Shown: positions 1 to 9,608, numbered from the stretch's first letter. The stretch is 43,029 nt of DNA from a virus (IMGVR_UViG_3300028422_001978:1-43029), one strand, 5' to 3'. Notes: generated from the sequence alone by a model not told the origin. Made by a program: numbers and translations.

Positions 1-621
1 TGTCGCGCTTACCGACATGATAATATCACCAACACGATACATGGATTGTTTAACCGCAGATATTAAATTTGCAAGCGTGTAGCCGTCTTTTAACGTTTTG
101 CTATTTGTCCCGTCCCATTGTGGGAATTTTGCATCAGTATTTGCGCTTGGGGCGATAACACGCCCACTCTCTAATGCCGTCAATCTACTACCAAACGCGG
201 TTACAGCAATAAGCGCCGTCTGCAGGGATGTAAATTCATTCGTGCTTTCCGCCGCGCCAGTGATATTAATGGATGGCGATACGTCAAGCTTGAACTCCAG
301 TGAGCGTTTCTCAGCGTCTTCAGCAAAAGTTATGATGAACTGGCAGGTGAGCATCCCGGCAACTACACTGGTTTGGCTTGTAACCGCATAAGTGCATTTT
401 CCCTTTTCCGGCTCCGTTTCGGATACAGCGCAGCTGTTACCAATCAGCGTTTTATCTGGTTTTATGGCAGCAAGGATCACGAGCGCACCAGTCAGATTGA
501 TAGGCTGTGCGTTGTTAAGAAGCGTAATGTCAAGCACCGGCGAACCAACATCATACTGGCTGATTTTTATGGGATGTTTATATGGCTCACTGATGTCTAT
601 TTTTATAGGTATCGTGATCAT
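1..621 (-). CDS. BppU-family baseplate/tail fibre protein (3' end outside window)
   Basis: Absent from ORF track; open frame from ATG 621 (ATGA overlap with upstream stop): MITIPIKIDISEPYKHPIKISQYDVGSPVLDITLLNNAQPINLTG...KPD..., ending MYRVGDIIMSVSAT, which resembles the YPVGSIY fibre/collar motif. Confidence 0.8.
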   Translation of the reverse strand, partial: MITIPIKIDISEPYKHPIKISQYDVGSPVLDITLLNNAQPINLTGALVILAAIKPDKTLIGNSCAVSETEPEKGKCTYAVTSQTSVVAGMLTCQFIITFAEDAEKRSLEFKLDVSPSINITGAAESTNEFTSLQTALIAVTAFGSRLTALESGRVIAPSANTDAKFPQWDGTNSKTLKDGYTLANLISAVKQSMYRVGDIIMSVSAT

Positions 622-971
622 GTTTCCTCCTCATCCGCTGTTACGGTGACATTAAACTCCATCGATCGGAGCTCATCGCCACCTTTTATAATCAGCATCC
701 GGCAGCGCAGCTCACCTGCCATGTCAAATGCCTCATCTTTAACATCACACTGTACGTGACCTACTATAGAATCAAGATCGGCGCACGGGTTAATAACCAC
801 GCTGCCATCCGGCTTCTTGACGTAAAATATCACAACCGAATCCGTGATGTTTATAGGAAACACGCTCACTGACATGTGGATATCAAGAATATACGTATCA
901 CCCTCGCGCACCTCAATCGACTTCACGTATGATTTTAAAAAGTCGAGCTGTATTGTCTTTGTGATTGTCAT
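618..971 (-). CDS. Stand-alone BppU N-terminal-like baseplate protein
   Basis: PINITDSVVIFYVKKPDG and AGELRC..RSMEF patterns shared with the N-terminus of the downstream gene. Confidence 0.7.
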   Translation of the reverse strand: MTITKTIQLDFLKSYVKSIEVREGDTYILDIHMSVSVFPINITDSVVIFYVKKPDGSVVINPCADLDSIVGHVQCDVKDEAFDMAGELRCRMLIIKGGDELRSMEFNVTVTADEEET

Positions 972-1147
972 TTAGCAGCCTCCTTTTCTGTCTTTGGCTT
1001 ATCTGTTTTGGGCTTTTCTAGCGCGGTTACAACCTTCTCAATGTCATTCATGCAAGCCACAACAATGGAGCAGTTCTGCTTGCCTTTTGTTTCAAGCTGA
1101 TTCAGCGCTGCATGTATGCTTTTTAACAATATAATTTCTTCGTTCAT
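968..1147 (-). CDS. Small tail-region protein, 59 aa
   Basis: MNEEIILLKSIHAALNQLETKGKQNC...KEAAK; ATGA overlaps at both ends; GGAGGGAG RBS. Confidence 0.8.
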   Translation of the reverse strand: MNEEIILLKSIHAALNQLETKGKQNCSIVVACMNDIEKVVTALEKPKTDKPKTEKEAAK

Positions 1148-3273
1148 GCGACTCCCTCCAATTCGATAAGTCTTTTATCTAAGTTTTGTATTGCCGATAT
1201 CGCCAAAGCGACCATGTTGGAGTATTGCAAACTGTCCGGCTCATTGTTGTGATACGCCACAACATCCGGGCACACCTCATACACGTCCTCGGCTATCATG
1301 CCGACATTGATTGTTTTTTTATCGTCATCAATATAAGTGAACGTCGCGGGTTTGAGTTGGCGGCAAATATCAATTCCGTATTCATCGCCAAAGTATTTGA
1401 TATCGTCTTTGTACTTGCGCGATGATGTGTACCGTCCTAGCGACCAACCGCCAAGATCACCTGTTCTGTCCACCCACCGGCATTCGGATCCGCCAGATGC
1501 TGTTGCAGGGTTAGCCATAACAAAGCGGCTCTCCCCGGCATATGTCGAAACTTTAAAGCTGCCCCACACGTTTACCCATTTTCCCACGCCAGTAGTATAG
1601 ATGTTCACTTCGTCCGATGAAAACAGTCTCATTCCGTAAGTGGCGTCAACATCGATCTGCCCGCTCCATGTTGAACCAGAGTTTTTGGTGAATCTGATTG
1701 ATGACCAATATAGCTGCATACCGTATCCTGTTGACGAATCGATAGTGGTTAAATATGAAAATGTCCCGTCCGCGCCACTGAGATGTTTAACGCCTAGATT
1801 GTCAACATCTATCCTCGACGCTGCAATCGTGCCGGTTTTAATGTTGCTGCCGCTGATCGTTGTCGAGCCATCCGTCAGATTGGAGAATGCCACCATACCA
1901 CTGAATGATATGCTTTGGCTTGATATCTCGGTTGAACCGGCCATGAGTTTTAGTGTGCTTGATGTCGAGCCGTTTGTAACGGATAATGTCAGGCTGTCAA
2001 CATACTGGTCGATAGACGATATCGCGCCTTCAGCGGTCGATATTCGCGTCGTTAGGCTGGACGCGGTCTGCTGTAGTGTGGAAATATCACCTTCGGCATC
2101 ACCAACGGTTACCACAAGCCCATCAACGGTCAATTTTAGGGATGCATAGCCGCCAGAGATCTCTTCCTGCAAGTCTAATATGTCTTGATCCTGCGACCGC
2201 AACAAATCACCGAGCATGGGCATTTCAGTTCCAAGGACAATGTTTATATACTTTTTGGTCAACGAGTCATAATCATATAAAACAACTCTTAATGATATCG
2301 CTGTTGATTTATATTTGCATCTGACTGTATCTCCAATCTCCACGGTTTGGAGCATGGAAATATCCTTATACTCCTCTGTCTGTGACAGATCAATGAAATT
2401 TACAGTAGCGCTTTTTAGTGGCTGGTCAGCTCCCTGATCAAACATTTCTGCAACAAGTTCACGCAGTTTATTTCTAACATCGTCCGCGTTCCCGTACAGT
2501 AAGTTTTCGTCATCATCCACGGCCCCGACTTTTATATCGCTGAAATGAATATGTCGCACATGCGGGATAGGCGTTTCACTGATTTTTTCGCTGTCGATAT
2601 ATATTTCCGGAAGCATAATAACCGCATCATCTATATCGAGGCCGGTCGGGATAATACGATTCACTAGCTGGTCATCATCTTCTTCGTATATCAAACCAGT
2701 GAGGTTTTTGCGATATTCAATTACCACACCTCTATCGGCGCCGAGCCTTGATTTCATATTTACTGTGAAGTTATTGCGCTCGATTTCACCGTGCCAGCGA
2801 TTCACATAACTATTGTCCTGCTCGCCTATTATCGCTCTAAGAACAGATGTGCGCACAATCCTCATGCTTGCGACTTGGCTAATGTCAGACGTACCTGTAA
2901 ACCGTCTTTCAGATATTCCTGCCTGCAAAATATCCGGTAACGCTTCGACTCCTGTTTTGTTCGTCCATGCGCGATTTAATATTATATCTTGATCAAGATC
3001 ATAAGATATGTGCCATGCGAAGGCTTCTTTGCCGCCGTCGAGCATTTCCGTTGGTTTTGAAAGCCGGAAGAACTGTTCGCCGCAGGGCGTATCAGCCTTT
3101 ACGATAGCGCCTATAACAACATTGTCAAAATGCGGCGATGCTTGCGCCACTTTTATAGTCAGACTGAACTCGCCGTTTAGTTCTTCATGCACAACCGCAG
3201 ATTCGCATAGTATATTCCCTATGCCGTTTGTGGCCAGCTGCGCAGGTGTTGAGTTTGGCGCGTATATCCTCAT
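1144..3273 (-). CDS. Tal/tail spike (prophage tail endopeptidase family) with C-terminal peptidase S74 intramolecular chaperone
   Basis: VHEELNGEFSL, GEIERNNF and YRKNLTG motifs; C-terminal TSSRKYKDDIK...GMIAEDV...coiled coil; follows Dit. Confidence 0.88.
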   Translation of the reverse strand: MRIYAPNSTPAQLATNGIGNILCESAVVHEELNGEFSLTIKVAQASPHFDNVVIGAIVKADTPCGEQFFRLSKPTEMLDGGKEAFAWHISYDLDQDIILNRAWTNKTGVEALPDILQAGISERRFTGTSDISQVASMRIVRTSVLRAIIGEQDNSYVNRWHGEIERNNFTVNMKSRLGADRGVVIEYRKNLTGLIYEEDDDQLVNRIIPTGLDIDDAVIMLPEIYIDSEKISETPIPHVRHIHFSDIKVGAVDDDENLLYGNADDVRNKLRELVAEMFDQGADQPLKSATVNFIDLSQTEEYKDISMLQTVEIGDTVRCKYKSTAISLRVVLYDYDSLTKKYINIVLGTEMPMLGDLLRSQDQDILDLQEEISGGYASLKLTVDGLVVTVGDAEGDISTLQQTASSLTTRISTAEGAISSIDQYVDSLTLSVTNGSTSSTLKLMAGSTEISSQSISFSGMVAFSNLTDGSTTISGSNIKTGTIAASRIDVDNLGVKHLSGADGTFSYLTTIDSSTGYGMQLYWSSIRFTKNSGSTWSGQIDVDATYGMRLFSSDEVNIYTTGVGKWVNVWGSFKVSTYAGESRFVMANPATASGGSECRWVDRTGDLGGWSLGRYTSSRKYKDDIKYFGDEYGIDICRQLKPATFTYIDDDKKTINVGMIAEDVYEVCPDVVAYHNNEPDSLQYSNMVALAISAIQNLDKRLIELEGVA

Positions 3274-3954
3274 CTATACCCACCTCCAGTTTGGCGATAT
3301 TTCCAACTTTGTCACGCTACCATCCCAGCCAATGTTTATTGTCTCGCCAGCCTCTATAATAGGAAAATTGCCTGTCATTTTGTCGCTTGCGAGCACACCG
3401 TTTTTATAGCAATCCATCAGATCACCGTCGATCACTATTTCAGGGTCGATGTCAGTTAAACTGATTTCTTGATCGCCTACCGTTAGTGTGACATTCCCCG
3501 AGCCTGTCAGCTTTATGGTTGGATACGAAGGATGGTTACACGGGCTTATCAGTGTGACAGGGCTTGTGACTGCCGTGATGCTCTGCTGGTCAAGTTCGCG
3601 CTTAACCGGATTACAAATAAACTGAACTTCAAATTGATGCCACGTCGCTATTGTATTAACAATATCAGTGGCAATATCAATTCGGTAATCATATACCTTG
3701 TCCGGCTCGTTTGAAAATGTAACAGTGCTGCCACCAAGAATGATCTGTGCAATATGTTCTGGGAACGGACCGTCATAAAAAAAGCCTCCGGTTTTGACCA
3801 CTTCCTCATACGATCCGTCCCACTGCGTTAAATATCCTGACCGCCCGGGGATTGTTATCAGCTGTACGCGCTTTTGTGCGATTTGTATTGGAGGAAGCGC
3901 AGTTACGCGCAGCTTGTTTGTCTGCGTGTCGGCACCATCAATCAAAATATACAT
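3274..3954 (-). CDS. Distal tail protein (Dit)
   Basis: ITIPGRSG, FSNEPDKVY, FICNP and PNWRWV motifs; lies between TMP and Tal. Confidence 0.88.
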   Translation of the reverse strand: MYILIDGADTQTNKLRVTALPPIQIAQKRVQLITIPGRSGYLTQWDGSYEEVVKTGGFFYDGPFPEHIAQIILGGSTVTFSNEPDKVYDYRIDIATDIVNTIATWHQFEVQFICNPVKRELDQQSITAVTSPVTLISPCNHPSYPTIKLTGSGNVTLTVGDQEISLTDIDPEIVIDGDLMDCYKNGVLASDKMTGNFPIIEAGETINIGWDGSVTKLEISPNWRWV

Positions 3955-4913
3955 TAAGCTGTTCTTCCTCCTTTTGCTTTGATCTTTCGACGCGCTTCTT
4001 CTGCCAGGCTCTGTGATATCTTTTTGATATCGCTTTCGTTACGCACAATCATACCGTCGCCATGCACATGGACAATTATGTCGCCGCCGCTTACTTTGGC
4101 TGGCGCTTCCACTTGTCTTTGTGAATCGGCGGAAAGGTTGTATATCACCGGCGTTGCTTTAAGCGTGATCTCTTTCATTTTGTCAGCGTACGCATCATTG
4201 GAAGCTTGTGCAAACTTGCCAGTTGTCTCTTTCATGTGCTTTGTGCGAGACTCAATGCCCATCGCGTAACTGTCGGCCGATTGTGCTGCTGTTTCAATAG
4301 CCCGTTTTGCGGGAGAACGCTGTATATAATAATCTTTCCATCCTTGATTTGAGGCTTTTGCCAATGCAGCACTAGCGTTATAAACGGCATCGCGTTTGCT
4401 TCTTAAGCCAGATGCATAACTGTCTCCCGTTTGTGCCGCTGCTTTTGCTGCCTCATCGGATTTATTCATATCCTTGACAAGGCCATCAAGCTTAGCATTG
4501 ATGGCATCCATGTTGGTCTTAAAATCGGTCTCCATGTCCGCCACTGTGCCGGAGAACTTTTGTTTACCCTCTTCGACCTTCCCAAACTTTTCGTTTAGGG
4601 CTTTAATATCCTTTTCGCCGCCCGCAACAATAGCAGCGAGATATTTAGCCGATTCCTCCGATCCATCTGAAAGCTTCTGAATAAGTCCTTTATCAACGCC
4701 TTTTTCCATCGCTTTGGTGATGTTGTCTGCATACGTATCGAGGTAGTTGACCTGAGAATCAAGACTGGCGATTAAGTCTGTTATGCTCTGATCCGCCTCT
4801 GTGCTCATTTTCTGAAATAATCCGATTTGGCTATCGATGCTCTCATAAGCCGTCAGAAATGCCGCTTCATGGGCCGCCGCAAGATTTGCCAGTTCGCCTT
4901 CGAGAATAAGCAT
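3954..4913 (-). CDS. Tape measure protein, C-terminal part (downstream of a frameshift)
   Basis: Helical composition, IQRSPAK (SPS-like) TMP C-terminal motif; overlaps the N-terminal part in another frame. Confidence 0.8.
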   Translation of the reverse strand: MLILEGELANLAAAHEAAFLTAYESIDSQIGLFQKMSTEADQSITDLIASLDSQVNYLDTYADNITKAMEKGVDKGLIQKLSDGSEESAKYLAAIVAGGEKDIKALNEKFGKVEEGKQKFSGTVADMETDFKTNMDAINAKLDGLVKDMNKSDEAAKAAAQTGDSYASGLRSKRDAVYNASAALAKASNQGWKDYYIQRSPAKRAIETAAQSADSYAMGIESRTKHMKETTGKFAQASNDAYADKMKEITLKATPVIYNLSADSQRQVEAPAKVSGGDIIVHVHGDGMIVRNESDIKKISQSLAEEARRKIKAKGGRTA

Positions 4914-7525
4914 CTGATTGTACTGCTCTTCATGGTTGCTGTCGCGGCGTTATAGGCTTCTATGGTCATGCCGAATTTAGCAAGCGTCTCAGCGTTGGCG
5001 TCGAATTGCTCTTGTTCTATCGCCAGTGATTCCGTTGTACCTTCAAGGCTTTCTCTTAAAGCCCTGTCCGCGGTGTTGAGTTCCCCAAGACTCGACGTAG
5101 CGTCTCTTAGCGATTCATCAAGCAGTACAGCGGCGCCCAAATATGTCACCGCCGCAGACGTGCCATCTGAAGCAGCGTCGATCTGATCTCTTTGCTCTTT
5201 CGTTAGCCCAGCGAGGATTTTTTGGCGTTTGCGCTCGTTTTCAGCTAGTTGTTGTTCCGCTTTGTACTGCTCAGTCTCTAGCTCGATAATTCTGTCGCGC
5301 TGCAGCTCCGCTTTATGTTGGGCATTTAATGCTTCAGCTCGCCGTTTGATGATGGGGATGCTTTCTTTCAACTCAGCGGTATTGTCGCTTAGAAGACTGT
5401 TTAGCTCAGGGTACATCTCTGCGAGCTCGGCAGTGGTTCCCTCTAAAAGCATTTGCTCTGATGTTGTCAGCTTAGACTTTCCCGCCAACTCATCAAGCCG
5501 ATCAATGAGCGTTTTTGTCGTTTTCTCTTGTGCCGCAGCGGCCACGGTGTTTTTTTCATATTCTTCAGCCGCGGCGTTCATTTCATCGGATAGAGCTTTT
5601 GTATTTGCGGCAAGTTTTTTGCTTTCTTCATCAGCTTGAAATAATGCGGGCACAAGAGCAAGCAGCCCCGCGGTCAGTGCCGCAATGGCCGTCACAACAA
5701 GAAAGACGGGATTCGCCATAAGCGATGCCGTCATGGCTTTGATGGCCGGTATGACGGTTCCTTTTACAACCGTCGATGAAAATATAAGTGCTACTGACAA
5801 CACGCCGAGAGCAACCGTAACGCCAGTTATAACCGGCACAACCCACTCGTTTTCTTGAATAAAATCGTCCACCCATTCAAGCACGCCTGTACCTGCATCG
5901 ATGAGCATGTTCATAGCCGGGTTAAGCTGATCCCCCACGGTGATTTTTACCCGGTTAAAAGCATTGTCCAGTAGCTTCAGTTTGCTTTCGGTGGTTCCGT
6001 AACGAAGCTGAGCTTCTTTGGTAAGCGCCGTGTTTTCTGTCCATGCTGTATTTGATAAAGAAACCGAATCAGCAACCTTTTCCGATGCAAGCGATAGGGA
6101 TTTGAGCATGTTGGATTGTCTAATACCCGACAGCCCCATATCATCCAGGACAAGCGTGGCGCTTTCGCCTTTTTCCTCCAAGCCGCCAAGTCCGGATAAG
6201 AACGCCTGAATAGCTTCCATCGGTGCAGTTTTCCATTTGGTTGAGAACTCATCAGAAGACATACCCGCTATTCGTGCAAACTCTTCAAGATTGTCTCCGC
6301 CTTTAACAACCGCCTTTTCAATCGCATCAAGCGTTTGCGTCATGGCTGTGCCGCCAGCCTCAGCCTCGATTCCGACTGACGACATCGCTGCTGCAAGCGC
6401 AAGTATATCCGGTTCGGTTAGTCCGGCCAATGTTCCAGCAGATGCCAACCGTATCGCCATATCTGCTATATCGGCCTCAGTCGTGGCGCTGTTGTTTCCA
6501 AGAGCGACAACTGCCGACCCAAGGCGCTTGAAGTCCTCTTGAGCCATTCCGGTGATGTTGGCAAACTTAGCGAACGTTTGAGCCGCTTGCTCGCCTGAGA
6601 GGTTTGTTGCAACTCCCAGATCGGCCATTGTAGCAGTGAAGTCGACTATGTTTCCTTTGGCAATGCCGAGCTGCCCGGCGTTTTCTGCGATGCCAGCCAA
6701 TTCGGCAGCGGTCATGGGAATATCGCTTGATAACTCTTTGAAAGAATCTGATATAGCATCCAGTTCTTTATCTGTCAGATCGGTGGTTTTCTCAACGCCG
6801 GTCATTGCGCTTTCGTAAGCGATGGACGCCTGAGCGCATGCTATGAACGCATCCGCCATTTCTTTAAGGCCTCTGACGATGCCAGCCGATACAAGAGCGG
6901 TAGATAAAGCGTCAAGGCTTTTTGATGTCTTGTCGGTTTTGTTACCGAATTCATCTATGGACTTCGCTGTTTTATCAGTGCTTTTTTTCGCTTCGCCAAG
7001 ATATTTATCGTTTAGTTTGATCTCGTCGTTGGTTTTATTAAGCTCGGCCTTGGCTTTATTAAGAGACGTTTCCCAATTGTTCGTTCCCTTTTCAGCAGCA
7101 GTAAGACGCGCTTCGTTTTCGGCAAGTTGTTGCTTGAGCTTCTCGGTTTCGGCCGTGAGCTTGTTCTGCTGCTCGGTGGTGTCGCCCTCGGTGTTCTTGA
7201 GCTTTTCGAGAGCTGCTTCGTTGGCCGTGATCTTTTGCGTCAGTTCTTCCTTGCGCGATTTGTATGCATCGACAGCAGACTGAGCATTTTTATAAGCAGC
7301 ATTCAGTTCTTTGATTTTGACTGTTTGCGTAGACTGTAAGTCGGATAAGGCTTTTTGCTTTGCCGTCAAAGCCTCCAAGCTGTTCGCGTTGGTTTTATAT
7401 TCGCTCTGAACAAGACCTAGGGCAGACTGATACTTCTTCAGCTCGGCGTTTATGTTAGAAATGGATTGCTTATACTGAGTTTCGCCGTCAATCGCGATTC
7501 TGGTTGAAATAGTGCGCTGTGCCAA
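4853..7525 (-). CDS. Tape measure protein (TP901 family), N-terminal part
   Basis: YESAMTGVEKTT, AENAGQLGI and LGNNSATTE core motifs; probable TTG start at 7525 behind AAGGGTG. Confidence 0.93.
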   Translation of the reverse strand: MAQRTISTRIAIDGETQYKQSISNINAELKKYQSALGLVQSEYKTNANSLEALTAKQKALSDLQSTQTVKIKELNAAYKNAQSAVDAYKSRKEELTQKITANEAALEKLKNTEGDTTEQQNKLTAETEKLKQQLAENEARLTAAEKGTNNWETSLNKAKAELNKTNDEIKLNDKYLGEAKKSTDKTAKSIDEFGNKTDKTSKSLDALSTALVSAGIVRGLKEMADAFIACAQASIAYESAMTGVEKTTDLTDKELDAISDSFKELSSDIPMTAAELAGIAENAGQLGIAKGNIVDFTATMADLGVATNLSGEQAAQTFAKFANITGMAQEDFKRLGSAVVALGNNSATTEADIADMAIRLASAGTLAGLTEPDILALAAAMSSVGIEAEAGGTAMTQTLDAIEKAVVKGGDNLEEFARIAGMSSDEFSTKWKTAPMEAIQAFLSGLGGLEEKGESATLVLDDMGLSGIRQSNMLKSLSLASEKVADSVSLSNTAWTENTALTKEAQLRYGTTESKLKLLDNAFNRVKITVGDQLNPAMNMLIDAGTGVLEWVDDFIQENEWVVPVITGVTVALGVLSVALIFSSTVVKGTVIPAIKAMTASLMANPVFLVVTAIAALTAGLLALVPALFQADEESKKLAANTKALSDEMNAAAEEYEKNTVAAAAQEKTTKTLIDRLDELAGKSKLTTSEQMLLEGTTAELAEMYPELNSLLSDNTAELKESIPIIKRRAEALNAQHKAELQRDRIIELETEQYKAEQQLAENERKRQKILAGLTKEQRDQIDAASDGTSAAVTYLGAAVLLDESLRDATSSLGELNTADRALRESLEGTTESLAIEQEQFDANAETLAKFGMTIEAYNAATATMKSSTIRCLFSKANWQILRRPMKRHF

Positions 7526-7561
7526 TATCTTCACCCTTTCTCGGACATCGGCACTCAGGCA

Positions 7562-7714
7562 CTACTTGTCAGGTTTTATAATTATCTCAAATGTCTTTCC
7601 GCAGTTGCGCCCTTTGCATTTAACAAAAATGCCATTGCAAACCGCTTTTTTGTCGCGCTCTATCGGCATTTTATAACCGCAGTAAGGACACTTTATTTTT
7701 TCACGCGGATCCAT
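7562..7714 (-). CDS. Com-like zinc-ribbon protein, 50 aa
   Basis: Absent from ORF track: MDPREKIKCPYCGYKMPIERDKKAVCNGIFVKCKGRNCGKTFEIIIKPDK; CxxC...KCxxxxC pattern. Confidence 0.75.
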   Translation of the reverse strand: MDPREKIKCPYCGYKMPIERDKKAVCNGIFVKCKGRNCGKTFEIIIKPDK

Positions 7715-7715
7715 G

Positions 7716-8078
7716 TCAGTGTCTTGTCGGAAACTGCGTCACATGCGATTTTGCCGCGAGAGCATTTGCCTGATTGAACGCGGCTATCTCATTAACGATA
7801 TATGTTATGATGTCAAGACAGTCGCGCAGGTCAGGCGTCCTGTCCTTGAAGATTTTGTCGCTCGCGCCGACGTCACAGAGAACTTCGTTAATATAATCTT
7901 TGCAGATGATTATCGCTTCCGCTTCGGTTTTCTTACCCTCTTTATAGTCATTGGCAGCGCCGAGCACCAGCGGCCCACCCGTCCGCATCAGCTCGTTATT
8001 TTTAGCATCGATTTCTATTTCAAATTCTGTTCCCGCGATGTCAATTTTCAGCATGCGGTTTCTAAATGCAAAACTCAT
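7716..8078 (-). CDS. Hypothetical tail-region protein (second chaperone-like gene)
   Basis: 120 aa, GGAGG RBS, lies between G/G-T and TMP. Confidence 0.7.
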   Translation of the reverse strand: MSFAFRNRMLKIDIAGTEFEIEIDAKNNELMRTGGPLVLGAANDYKEGKKTEAEAIIICKDYINEVLCDVGASDKIFKDRTPDLRDCLDIITYIVNEIAAFNQANALAAKSHVTQFPTRH

Positions 8079-8652
8079 TTCTTTTCCTCCTGCTTATGAT
8101 TTTTTTCATACATGGTTACAAGATCGTTCATAACCCCTGGATTAAGCGCCATCGTTTCCTCTGCCGATAACCCAACGGTTATTCCGTTTTGGATATAGAC
8201 GGCTCGTTTATATCCGTTTTTTTTTGATGCTTGAGCAATACCAGGTCGACTTCCTCCACCTCTCCATCGATCTCGCGAACAAATCCAATGTCCGCAGCGT
8301 CGCCGCAGGCTTTCTGCAATTCAAGAAACATGTACGGAGCCGTATCAAGCTGCAGGAACTCTTCCTGCTTGAATGTCGGCACATCGATAATTCCGTATTT
8401 CGTGCATTTTTGCACTGCGCATTCTGTGAGGATTTCACTGACCCGCAGGATGTTCTTTAACCCAGTCTCCTCTTTGAGCGACAGTTCAGGTAAAATGCAC
8501 GGCCCGAATTCTTCCTGCAGTTTAAAAAGTGCGGTACCGTCATAAAGAAAAAAGTATTCAGTTCCTGCGATTATCGCGCTCGTTCCTCTTGCAATTCCGA
8601 TGATTACTACCTTCTTTTTCTCATCGGCTACTACCTTCTTTTTCTCATCCAT
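8075..8652 (-). CDS. Tail assembly chaperone G-T fusion via programmed -1 frameshift (~192 aa)
   Basis: CAA AAA AAA A at 8226-8217; -1 frame reads NGYKRAVYIQNGITVGLSAEETMALNPGVMNDLVTMYEKNHKQEEKK and stops in an ATGA overlap with the next gene. Confidence 0.8.
8179..8652 (-). CDS. Tail assembly chaperone (gpG-like)
   Basis: Directly follows the major tail protein; A9 slippery run near the 3' end. Confidence 0.8.
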   Translation of the reverse strand: MDEKKKVVADEKKKVVIIGIARGTSAIIAGTEYFFLYDGTALFKLQEEFGPCILPELSLKEETGLKNILRVSEILTECAVQKCTKYGIIDVPTFKQEEFLQLDTAPYMFLELQKACGDAADIGFVREIDGEVEEVDLVLLKHQKKTDINEPSISKTE

Positions 8653-8663
8653 AATTTCTCCTT

Positions 8664-8685
8664 AATAAAGGGGGCCGAAGCCCCC
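8664..8685 (-). terminator. Hairpin/terminator after the major tail protein gene
   Basis: GGGGGC-TTCG-GCCCCC followed by TTTATT. Confidence 0.7.
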
Positions 8686-8702
8686 AATATTATTGTTCAT
8701 CA

Positions 8703-9551
8703 TCAGGTCATAATCAGACTGTTCGTGTACACCGTCACGTCATTGTAAGTAATGGCGCAGCGGAACTCCACGTCCTCATCCTGATTATCTACCGTGGTCA
8801 GCGTAGCTGTATTGTAGCCCGTGTAGGAATCCGTCAGATTCGTCCACACACCCGCATTGAAATACTGCCACAGGTAAGTAATGCCGCTTGTCGGTTCAGG
8901 CGATCCGCTGAATATCGGGTCAGCCGTGATGTCCTCGCCAGCAGCCCCAACTGTTTCAGCCGCAATCGTTCCGCCAGTGATTAGGTTTGTACCGAACATT
9001 TCTGCGAGCCATGCCGCTGCTTCTGCAAATGTGGCGTACTCTTCTGTGTACTGCCATTTTGTAGCTTTGTGAAGCGGGCGCATAACGGTCAAATTGATCG
9101 TGTCGTTTTGCAGTGTAATCGAGTTGTTGCGAGACTGCGAAGGCTGCGTAGTTCTCGCCGCTATCACCTTTGGGAAAAAGTTGCCTTCAAACACCTCAAC
9201 TCCAGCGCGCATAATGTTTCTGATGTATCCATATGCGCCATACGGTGCAACGTCATCCCCGCCAAAGCTTAGCGCATGATTTGTCGGGTTGTATGTCGCG
9301 CCATAGACCACTGCGGCAGACGCCTTGGGCAAATCCGTCACTTGCAGCGGTATTGCGCCAGAGGCGAACTTCATCATTTTTTCTTGCAGTGTATTGTCGC
9401 CATACTGCTCACCTTCTGCGTTCGTAATCGCAAGATCGCCCTGAACAAAAGCGCCAAGGCTGACGGGCGCCTCAAACGTCGGGGTTGCGCTTGCTGTATC
9501 TGGAGTTGCATGTTTTGCGTAACGTGCATATTCCGAACCATATCCTGCCAT
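8703..9551 (-). CDS. Major tail protein with C-terminal Ig-like domain
   Basis: phi13-like tube motifs (QYGDN, DDVAPYGAYGYI, FFPKV); C-terminal ITYLWQY...FRCAITY. Confidence 0.9.
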   Translation of the reverse strand: MAGYGSEYARYAKHATPDTASATPTFEAPVSLGAFVQGDLAITNAEGEQYGDNTLQEKMMKFASGAIPLQVTDLPKASAAVVYGATYNPTNHALSFGGDDVAPYGAYGYIRNIMRAGVEVFEGNFFPKVIAARTTQPSQSRNNSITLQNDTINLTVMRPLHKATKWQYTEEYATFAEAAAWLAEMFGTNLITGGTIAAETVGAAGEDITADPIFSGSPEPTSGITYLWQYFNAGVWTNLTDSYTGYNTATLTTVDNQDEDVEFRCAITYNDVTVYTNSLIMT

Positions 9552-9578
9552 AGCATAAACCTCCTTGATTTTTTAAAA

Positions 9579-9601
9579 TTAAAAAAGGCCGTTTGGCCTT
9601 T
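9579..9601 (-). terminator. Intrinsic terminator upstream of the major tail gene
   Basis: AGGCC-AAAC-GGCCT followed by a T run. Confidence 0.6.
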
Positions 9602-9608
9602 CGGTGTG

